A stretch of 17,760 nt of DNA, taken from assembly GCF_006345805.1 (NCBI RefSeq), contig NW_021824800.1, forward strand, positions 1 through 17,760, given 5' to 3'. Source of the stretch: Octopus sinensis (lineage: Eukaryota). Shown here one piece after another: positions 8,891-17,760 of this stretch. The stretch's first letter is position 1. Each line of letters starts with the position of its first letter. Under the pieces are notes generated by a model. It was not told the origin of the DNA. It worked only from the letters and a program-made list of their open reading frames with translations, and did no database searches. A program made the translations under genes and the position numbers.

Positions 8891-9707
8891 ACTGTTTCCA
8901 CTACATGTATATAGTATATTCTTTCTTGACTTGACAGCTGCCCGTGCAACATCTTATTTTCCTGTCTCCTGACTTTCATATATGTTTGTACCTCAAGGCT
9001 TTCACTCCACACGCCAGCTCAACTTGATTCGACCTTATTAGTCGAAAGATACCATTTGTTATTCTCTTGTTGTTTGTATTTGTAAACGTGTAACGTTTTC
9101 TCCGTTTTCTCGTATTTTTGTTTTGTCTATTTAATATTCTTAGCTTAGATTTTGAGGGCCAATCAATTTTGAACAGTCTCAAGTGTAACAGGCCGAAACT
9201 TTAATGATAATTGGAAACTTGAGTGATGAATAGAAAGCCACAAATGATCCATCCTTGTTTTTCCTGTCCGTCTTTGTATCGTCTATCTGTCTATATTTTT
9301 ACTGTCGTCCGTTACGTTCTTATTCCATGTTTTGAATTTATATATATATATATATACACCACTACTTACACCATATATATATATACCATTACTTCCACTC
9401 TCTTGACTTTGAAACTTTAGATTTCTGCACACCCTTATATCAAACAAATTTATTCCAATTCAGAAATTGTTTGTATTTAGTGTTTCATTTTTAATATTTC
9501 ATTCCGAAAATAAAAGACGGTAACCATAACACTTTGCAGCATCACAGAGGCTGGTAGGAGGGTGGAAGGATTGAGGGAGAGAGAGGGGTATCCTCAAAAC
9601 TGGTTTGAACGCTTGTAATAGAGAAGATTCTGTTAAAGGAACCCATGGTTTCGGGTGGTGGTGTTAAACCGGGTAAATGATTAAGAATACTATAAATGTG
9701 TACCATT

Positions 9708-9794
9708 GTAGGATTTGAACTCAGAACGCAGAAAGCTGGGACAAATACCATATGTGTCCGATTTGACAATCTTACGGTTCCACCAATCTACCGC
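9708..9794 (-). mobile_element. Decayed SINE tRNA-like head
   Basis: ggatttgaactcagaacg (B-box complement, as in 3045-3060), then degenerate aaatacc...acggttccaccaatctaccgc. Confidence 0.6.
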
Positions 9795-9877
9795 ACTGAA
9801 TTGGTATTTTTCTCTCGACAACAAAATGTTTAAAGACATCTTTGTCAGGATTTGATCTCAGAACACAAAGCGCCAGA

Positions 9878-10099
9878 CCCTTTTAATACCAAATTGCCTG
9901 ATACTACCCTTTGACCTATGGTACAAACATCCTGTTTTAAACTGCTCAAAGTTAAACCCAGCCATCAAAATTTCATGTTTATGTTATAAACGTAAGCTTG
10001 ATAATGACGGAATTATTTTACTGAATTCTTCATTATTTTCGAAATTAATTGAAACAAAGACAATGTTGTTCAGCAGAGCTATGGTAGGAAAAATGTTAA
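9878..10099. mobile_element. Probable decayed piggyBac-type MITE
   Basis: Left end CCCTTTTAATACCA; right end TGGTAGGAAAAATG followed by TTAA (10096-10099); 10/14 inverted match. CCC..GGG/TTAA termini are the piggyBac signature; the left TTAA is not preserved. Confidence 0.45.
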
Positions 10100-10100
10100 A

Positions 10101-10248
10101 CAATGGCCCAGTGGTTAGGGCAGCGAACTCGCGGTCGTAAGAACGTGGTTTCGATTCCCAAGCCGGGTATTGTGAGTGTTTATTGAGCAAAAACACCTAA
10201 GCTCCACGAGGCTCCGGCGGGGAGGGGTGGTGAACCCCACTGTACTTT
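10101..10248 (+). mobile_element. tRNA-derived SINE 5' half (family shared with 14245 and 15493 copies)
   Basis: A-box TGGCCCAGTGG, B-box GGTTTCGATTCCC, body AAAACACCTAAGCTCCACGAGGCTCCGG. Confidence 0.9.
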
Positions 10249-10255
10249 TATTTAG

Positions 10256-10452
10256 AATGGCAGTACCCCAGCATGGCCACAGCTCGTGAGCTGAAACTAG
10301 ACGAAATGATGAAATGAAATATAATACTTTTAGCTACTTAGTAAATGACACTATAAAATTAATCTGCTATTTATTAAAGTTTTCTTATGATTTTGATTTT
10401 GATTTTTCCAGTTTCAGCTTATGAGCTGTGGCCATGCTGGGGCACCGCCATT
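10256..10452. repeat. Inverted pair of 46-bp SINE/LINE-tail fragments (10256-10301 on +, 10407-10452 on -)
   Basis: aatggcagtaccccagcatggccacagctcgtgagctgaaactaga vs reverse complement aatggcggtgccccagcatggccacagctcataagctgaaactgga: 41/46 identical. Confidence 0.9.
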
Positions 10453-10864
10453 AGAATTGTGCGCCCGCAGAGGGACTATTTCCAATTACATTTTCCTTTT
10501 AATCTTTCTCTCGTATTTTTTCCAGTTGATTCGAAATCACAGAATCTCCTTTTCTGTTTCCTACGGTTTTTATGCTCTATAATTGTCCTAAATTTTCTAC
10601 GTTGCAATATTTTAATAGAAGTAGAAAAGATTTACTTTCCATATTTTTTTTTTTTACATAGGGATCAATGATAGTGAAAAGTGAACTGATAAGTATTTCA
10701 ACCCGGTACCGTATCGTAGATTTATTTTATAAAGAGCATACAATTTGATCTGCGGTGTTGGCAACTGCAAGGCATACAAGGATTGATAACACTAGAGGAA
10801 GTGATATGAGATGCAATGCTTATGTCTTTTCAAAGAATGTTAGCAACGTCATCGAAATGACTTC

Positions 10865-10954
<90 letters not shown>
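10865..10954. repeat. (GA)n microsatellite
   Basis: Directly visible, two interruptions. Confidence 0.97.
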
Positions 10955-10957
<3 letters not shown>

Positions 10958-11360
10958 TGTGTGTATGTGTGTTTAAGAATTTAGATTCTGAAGTATCAAT
11001 TATTTGGCAAGCATTGTGAAAGCCTCTATGCACTTGCCTCACATACTAGACATCGCAGTCAAATCTCCTTGAAACACCCAGAAATAACAAAGAAGGAAGA
11101 TCTTCGTGTTAATGTTTCCTTGATACTCATATCATACATAGTTATAACCAGAGACCATAACTATAGAAAGGTAGACTCTGTAGGGTTACCAAAGAGAATA
11201 ATTTGGCAGCATGTACCATAATTTTTCTAAGTAATTTAGGTGCTTATATAGTAGTTAGAAAACAAAAGCTTTCTCTCCATCTTCTCACACTTAACTCAAG
11301 GGAACATAACAATGATATGGGGAAGAAAGGGCTTCTTAAGCCTCCATCAGGTACACATTA

Positions 11361-11467
11361 CAGCTGAGTAAACTGGAGTAATGCAAGGGTACCTTGCTCA
11401 AGGTTACAACGTATCGCCCGATCAAGGAATTGAATGCACAACATTATGATCAGGAGCCTGACATCCT
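11361..11467 (-). mobile_element. Decayed tRNA-derived SINE of another family
   Basis: Minus strand shows a B-box-like GCATTCAATTCC, then CCTTGAGCAAGG (a motif typical of V/CORE-type SINE bodies), then CTCCAGTTTACTCAGCTG. Confidence 0.6.
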
Positions 11468-12599
11468 ATATATGTATCTTCACAGTTGAACAATTTATCT
11501 ACCTGATAAGAAGTGATCTGGAGTTAAACAATAACTCATTTTTGAGCGATAAAATTTAACATAGAATTTACTTTATTTTAAATATAAATTGACCTTTTAA
11601 TGCTTGAAAACTTCCACGCTTCATTTTTCAAAGCTCAAGTCCCTCCATATTTACATTTTTGTATCGTCATATCATCCTTTCAGTCGTTCAACCATCCAGC
11701 AGCAGTTCAGCCGAGCGGGAACCGGTAAAACTACGATGTTAGTTAATTTTTTTTTTCTTGAATTTATTTCCACTTTCTCCAACAACAAAAAAAGTTGGCA
11801 TTATGCCTTGCTAAAAGAAACAAAAAACAAAACAACAAAAAAAAACAAAAATAAAAATAGGAAAAACAAAATAGAAAAATAAAAACGAAAAAAAAAAAAA
11901 TCATTATTTCCGATATTATTTTTACCTGAAGAGAGAAAATTGATTTATCGGAGTTGTTTTGGTAGTAACGTAATATATACTGTCGACTTATAGATGAAAT
12001 TAGCCGACCACAGTCAAATGTATGAGCATACATAGATTGAGTATAATAGTATCTATAGTCATATTAAAACCTAAGGCATCCAAACTATTGCTTGCTTTCT
12101 ATTTCAAGACTGTATTGATGGGGAAAAAAATGAATAAAGACGAAATACGAAAATACAAAAGAAACGAAGAAATTACTAATAAATAAATAGGTAACAAAAA
12201 AAAAATGCTTTGGATATAATATATTTGTTGTTTGTTGTTGTTGTTGTCATCGTCATCATGGCCGTCGTTATGGCTTCTGTTAAGTTTTGGCATGAATGGC
12301 GATGTTTTCTTTCGCTCTCGCTGTTGCTTTTTTTTTTTGATTTTTGCCAAGTTTTTCAAGGAATTGGATGTTTATTTTATTTATTTATTTATTTTTTTCT
12401 CGTTTGTGTCGCGTAAAGCTATTTACATGGCAAGATGAGAATTAATAGTTTCTCATCCCGTTAAATAACAACAACAACAACAACGCAGCAGCAAAAAGAA
12501 GACTTCTTTTTAGCAGCTACCGAACGTCTTCGGTTCGACCTGTTTCAAACATAACAAAGTCAACTAAACAAGAAACGCCCCTTCAAAAACGAAATGCAC

Positions 12600-12751
12600 A
12601 AACACACACACGCATGCGCACACACACACATATATATATACAATATATTATATGTATATATATATGTGTGTGTATTTATGCATCTATCTATATATCTATC
12701 TATCTATCTATCTATATAATCTATCTATCTATATATCTATCTATCTATCTA

Positions 12752-12790
<39 letters not shown>

Positions 12791-12860
12791 TATCTATCAT
12801 ATATATTATCTATTATCTATCTATCTGTCTGTCTGTCTCTCTCTCTATTATATATATATA
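12600..12860. repeat. (CA)/(TA)/(TATC)n compound microsatellite
   Basis: TATC array at about 12682-12825. Confidence 0.95.
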
Positions 12861-13509
12861 GCACCTACACACACATGCGGTTTAACTGACAATCTGTTCA
12901 TTACTCATTTGTTCATTTGCTTCAATTTCTTAATGATTATATGCTTCCGACCCTTTGTTTTGCAATTACAAACTCTTCTATTTGATAATCAGTACCACTA
13001 ATACATGTATACGTGTATTCATCTAATACATTGGAATAAATAGACATTCTGGAATGTCTACCAGCTGATGTCTGTCGATTTTCTATCCTCTCCACTTTCT
13101 TATTTGCCATATATATTATATATATATATATATTAGAAGAAATGAGGTAATCAGAAGATCGGATGGTTTATATTTACAGATATTTATTTATATATTACAT
13201 TTTTTACATATATATCATATCATTTAGATCATAGTTTTGATATATGGTGGCTATGTTATTACAGCATATGCTTTTCCAATAAGCATATTTGCGTTGGTTT
13301 AGAAGTTTGTTCCAGTCTTGGGGTTTTTAAAGGTTTTTCTTGTTTGTGTCAGTTTTTGTTTCTTCGTCATTGTTGTCCTTGTGAGTGGAGTGGTCCGCCA
13401 GAAGATTTGTGTTGTCAGTTGTGTTTGCTTGATTATTTTAGAGAGAGAATATTTTGTGTTTGGATTGTATTTATTGTTAAAGCAATGTCTCTGGTATTCC
13501 CCTGGAAAT

Positions 13510-14207
13510 GTGATTCGGTCCTTATTACGAAGGTCATTATTGGTGACGAAACCTGCTGCTACGGCTACGACCCGGAAACGAAGCAGCAATCAAGTCCATG
13601 GGAGTGTTCAATGTCACCACACACCACTACAAAATGCATCTAGGGAAGTCAAATGTCAAGACGATGCTGATTTATTTCATCGATGTGAAAGGAATTGTCC
13701 ACACAGAATTTGTTCCGCCTGATCAAACTGTTTAAATATTTCCTTGGCTGTGCTGAAGCATTTTCGAGACGATGTGAGACGAAAACACCCAGGCCTCTGT
13801 CAAGGCGGAGAGTGACGATTTCATCACGACTATGCACCTTCGCATACCACCTTGAGTGTAAGACAGTTTTTGACGAAAAACGGCATGACCCCGCTTACCC
13901 AGCCTCCCTATTCACCTGATCTTGCCCCCAGCGGCTTAAAAAATTTTGTTTGTCCGAATGAAAAAAGTCTTTGAAGGAAAATCTTTTGTAGTTGTGGAAG
14001 AGTTGAAGAAAAATCGACCGAGGCGTTAAAAAGGCTTCACTTCGCAAGAGTTCTAAGACTGGTTCGAACGGTGGAAAGCGCGCCTAGAAAACCGATACAT
14101 TGCTTAAAATGAAGAATACTTTGAAGGCGGTAAAAGTATAAACATGTAAAACTAAGTGAATAGAATAATATTGCAAACTTCCAGTTTCTTTTGGGTACGA
14201 CCTCGTA
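13510..14207 (+). mobile_element. 5'-truncated mariner (Tc1/mariner, D,D34D; irritans-like) transposon with decayed transposase and right TIR
   Basis: TKVIIGDETCCYGYDPETKQQS (D1 at 13545), KGIVHTEFVP, E*RFHHDYAP (D2 at 13828), PPYSPDLAPSG (D3 position 13933 is GGC, 35 codons after D2), EYFEGG, stop at 14147-14149. Multiple stops and frameshifts. Right end TTCCAGTTTCTTTTGGGTACGACCTCG|TA (to 14205, TA at 14206-14207); CGAGG-starting TIRs fit the irritans subfamily. No left TIR or WVPREL-type motif found. Confidence 0.93.
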
Positions 14208-14244
14208 TATATGTACAAACATACATACTTATATATATATATAT

Positions 14245-14537
14245 ATGGCCTAGTGGTTAGGGCAGCGGACTCGCGGTCGTAGGATCGGGTTTCGATTCTC
14301 AGACCGGGCGTTGTGTGTGTTGTATTGAGCGAAAACAAATAAAAGCTCCACGAGGCTCCGGTAGGGGGTGGTGATCCTGCTGTACTCTTTCGCCAAAACT
14401 TTCTCTCACTCTTTCTTCTGTTGGCTGCTCGCTTAGCCAGCAGAGGGTGCGTCTTCGAAGGCTTATAATAAAACAATGCGAACGCATTGTGACCAGCGAC
14501 GTGTAGCAACATCTGATGGTCTGGTCGGTCACGTGAT

Positions 14538-14546
<9 letters not shown>
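14245..14546 (+). mobile_element. tRNA-derived SINE inserted in a (TA)n tract; tail ends in (TCACGTGA)2
   Basis: A-box TGGCCTAGTGG, B-box-like GGTTTCGATTCTC, body shared with the 10101 and 15493 copies, distinct 3' half; TA repeats on both sides. Confidence 0.9.
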
Positions 14547-14584
<38 letters not shown>

Positions 14585-14938
14585 GTATATATATATCGGT
14601 GGTATGATGCAAAAGTTTCGTAACTCCAAAACGTTCACCATTCCATATGCAACAGTTCAGCGTAACAATAGCGTAACAATATTTTGTTGGTAGTATAAAA
14701 ATCGTAACTCCATGCATGTATGATATTTTCGGTCAGAAAATTTTTTGCAATTATAAACAAGGGAAAAGATGTATATTGCATGTGGGGATTGATGATTTAG
14801 AGTCTATTTCTCAGCATATTAGCATAGAAATCTTTTTCTTTTGCCCTTATTTATAATTGTTTATAATTTTCACATTAAAAGATATTTTAATATGCTGGCC
14901 ACTTGAATTTTTGAAATAAATTTGATCCTATATTAGAA

Positions 14939-15202
14939 GTATATATATATATATATATATACATATATACATACATATATATGTATATATATATGTATAT
15001 ATATGTATGTATGTATGTATATGTATGTATATATATATATATGTACATATATATATATATATAGATGCATATATATGTATAAGTATATTTATAAATATAC
15101 ATATATGTATAAGTATTATACACATACATACATATCCACACACACACACAAATATATATACATTTATATATGTATATATTTATACATATATGTATATATA
15201 TT
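14939..15202. repeat. (TA)/(TATG)/(CA) compound microsatellite
   Basis: Directly visible. Confidence 0.95.
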
Positions 15203-15245
15203 TTCAAATGACCGTTAGCTGCTTCAGTTTTAGTTTATACACAAC

Positions 15246-15365
15246 TAGACTCACATTCTTTAGTATGTCCTAACCTCTCCGCAATGACACGAAGAGAGTT
15301 GCTTTAGCACTTTTGTTGGTGATGACAGACATTTCTTCATTGTTGAGGTATTCTCTACGTCCCAT
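15246..15365 (-). pseudogene. Tc1/Tc3-like transposase N-terminal paired-HTH remnant
   Basis: From ATG at 15365: MGRREYLNNEEMSVITNKSAK/(1-nt frameshift)/[17 protein letters not shown]. This is in register with Tc3A as I recall it (MPRGSALSDTERAQLDVMKLLNVSLHEMSRKISRSRHC): M1, R3, L7, E11, SL24-25, C38. Confidence 0.55.
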
Positions 15366-15470
15366 TGTTCCTAGAGAGGAAGTAGCTTTTAGTGTGGTTC
15401 ACTCAAAAACTGAAGAACTCTGAAATAAAATACAAAGGACGTTACACAGAATAATGAAAACAGTAATAAC

Positions 15471-16099
15471 CCCGGTTGTCAAGTGATGGTGGGGGAAGCA
15501 CTCCGTCGGTTACGACGATGAGGGTTCCGGTTGATCCGAATCAACGGAACAGCCTGCTCGGGAAATTAACGTGTAAGTGGCTGAGCACTCCACAACACGT
15601 GTACCCTTAACGTAGTTCTCGGGATATTCAGCATGACACAGAGAGTGACAAGCTGGCCCTTTGAAATACAGGTACATCAGAAACAGGAAGTAAGAGTGAG
15701 AGAAAGTTGTGGTGAAAGAGTACAGCAGGGATCACCACCATCCCCTGCCAGAGCCTCGTGGAGCTTTAGGTGTTTTCGCTCAATAACACTCACACGCCCG
15801 GTCTGGGAATCGAAACCGCGATCCTATGACCGCGAGTCCGCTGCCCTACCACTGCGGCTTGCCATTGCGCCTCCACTGTCAAGTGATGGTGGAGGACAAA
15901 CGCAAACGAAAAGAAACACACACACACACACACACACGAAGGGCTTCTTTTAGTTTCCGTATAGCAAATCCATTTATAATGCTTGGTCGGTCCGTAGCTG
16001 TAGAGACCACTCTTGTCTAAGGTGCCACGTAGTGGGACTGAACCTGCAACCATGTGGTATGGGAGGCAAACTTTTCAACTCACAGCCACCCATGCGCCT
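15471..16099 (-). mobile_element. Host SINE (CORE-like body, internal (GT)n), interrupted by the 15493-15876 insertion
   Basis: Minus strand: AGGCGCATGGGTGGCTGTG head, GGTTCAGTCCC B-box, GGCACCTTAGACAAG (cf. CORE motif CCTTGGGCAAG), GGAAACTAAAAGAAGCCC, (GT)n, TTTGTCCTCCACCATCACTTGACA, then the insertion. Confidence 0.8.
15493..15876 (-). mobile_element. Full-length 384-bp tRNA-derived SINE nested in another SINE, 16-bp TSD
   Basis: TGTCAAGTGATGGTGG at 15477-15492 and 15877-15892; head with GTTTCGATTCCC B-box; tail …AACCGACGGAGTGCTTCC. Confidence 0.93.
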
Positions 16100-16579
16100 G
16101 CGTATTACATACTTCACCGGAAGAAGAACAAATGGAAATAATTTTTTTCCCACGTATTTACAGATTTTCGAGGCGTGTTTAAACTACATTATTATTATTA
16201 TTTTTCTTTCTTTTTTTGCCAAAAAAACATAACAAAACAAAAAAATGCAAAGAAACATTTTATAGACAAAACACCATTTTGGATAGCGAATACATAGCCT
16301 CCAAGATATAACGTGATGCTACAGTCAATCATTGAAAGAAGGTTACATGCAAATGTTGGCATCATTCACATGACATGGATATTATGAAATATATAGAATA
16401 TAGTAACCTCAGCATTATTGAGATAATAGACAAACAACTACTTTCACCTTTTTTTTTCTTTTCTCCATTTACCTTCATCTCCCACCCATCGTTGCAGACA
16501 ATTTCTGTTTCATTAACACACCCACGACGAAACAGACCGATAGGCATTGTCACGAATATACATAGACCAAATATGAATA

Positions 16580-16585
16580 CGCACG

Positions 16586-16624
<39 letters not shown>

Positions 16625-16670
16625 CTATATATATTATATATATATATATATTATATATATATATATAATA

Positions 16671-16702
<32 letters not shown>

Positions 16703-16900
16703 AATATATATATATATATATTATATATAATATATATATATATATATAATATATATATATATACATACAATATATACAGATACATGCATATGCTCATATA
16801 AATGTTCGTTTAATGGTGTATATACATATATGTGTGTATGTGTGTGTGCGTTGTGTGGTATTTGTATATACCATATATAATATATACATATGCGCTATAT
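16580..16900. repeat. (CA)n plus long imperfect (TA)n tract
   Basis: Directly visible. Confidence 0.95.
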
Positions 16901-16962
16901 GTATATTCCGTATAGAGATGAATTAAATAATATCTTTACATGTGTATGAATGAGTACATAAA

Positions 16963-16963
<1 letters not shown>

Positions 16964-17023
<60 letters not shown>
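16964..17023. repeat. (TAA)20 microsatellite
   Basis: 60-bp perfect array. Confidence 0.97.
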
Positions 17024-17025
<2 letters not shown>

Positions 17026-17069
17026 TCAATTATCACGGTTATCAAATTAAATGGTTTATACTCACGAAC

Positions 17070-17224
17070 ATACGTGTGTGTGTGTGTGTGCAGGTAGTTA
17101 CTAGTATGTATACATACTCGTAACTACGCACACACACATACATACATACACACACACATATATATACATATATACATATATACTCATATATGTACATACA
17201 TATATATATATGTGAGTGGAGATG

Positions 17225-17258
<34 letters not shown>

Positions 17259-17520
17259 CACCCCCCAAATATATATATATATATATATATTACACACCCC
17301 CCACATATATACATATATATATATATATACATATATGGATATATGTATGTGTATACATATATATAGTATGTATGTACGCATATCTAAAAGTACGCTATAT
17401 GAAAACTCACAAACACATGGACACACACACGCACATACAAACACAAACGCAAACACACACCACAACATATATATATATATATCTGTATAGGGTGAGCATG
17501 TGTGTGTGCACATATGTGTG
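17070..17520. repeat. Compound (GT)/(CA)/(CATA)/(TA) microsatellite field
   Basis: Directly visible. Confidence 0.92.
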
Positions 17521-17760
17521 TAATGCTAAAGTATAATAATAAATAAATCAAAATGAAAAAGTATATATACCAACAACAAAAAAACAAGCAATGGACAAAG
17601 CAAGAACAGAGAGAAAAACGTTAACAAAGCAATATGGAAAACAATTATTATATTTCACTGCACGAAATGGTAATGGTTCTTGTTCGCTTCAGTGATGTGG
17701 TGAATATAAAGAAGATTCTAGTTTGGAAGAACTTAAGGTATTCCTCAGCTTCGCTACGGT

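Noticed and set aside
7976-8934. Longest ORFs in the track (200-223 aa, MYVC/HTYI repeats)
   Set aside because: Pure translation of the (CATA)n/(CA)n satellite, which lacks stops in several frames. The same applies to ORFs at 3410-3844, 12614-12889, 14887-15273 and 17042-17587.
15278-15421. Minus-strand exon-like segment (TTTTATTTCAG acceptor, GAG|GTTAGG donor)
   Set aside because: Stops in all three frames near its start; better explained as the 5' region of a Tc3-like transposase. A non-coding exon cannot be fully excluded.
17665-17760. Short open frame / exon-like segment at the right edge
   Set aside because: No recognisable product and truncated by the window edge; insufficient evidence.

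Overview
AT-rich, microsatellite-dense metazoan non-coding DNA (intron or intergenic). The SINE and MITE families look like those I recall from Octopus/coleoid cephalopod genomes; this is an inference, no search was run. No intact protein-coding gene is supported, and almost all supplied ORFs are translations of microsatellites. The window is a patchwork of decayed mobile elements: an L1/Tx1-like LINE fragment at the left edge (ORF1 end plus APE endonuclease start, minus strand); a 24-bp-TIR MITE carrying (CCCTAA)n; about a dozen tRNA-derived SINE copies or fragments from at least 4 families (a dimer and nested copies have clear TSDs); a 5'-truncated D,D34D mariner pseudogene with its right TIR; a Tc3-like HTH remnant; and a probable piggyBac-type MITE. 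The most interesting structure is a ~450-bp inverted repeat at 4966-5417. It is made of two Penelope-like termini facing each other across a (TA)n tract, and each arm carries a minimal type-I hammerhead ribozyme fold with a non-canonical core. A second hypothesis is a 62-nt GT-AG intron in the LINE that would fuse ORF1 in frame to the endonuclease.
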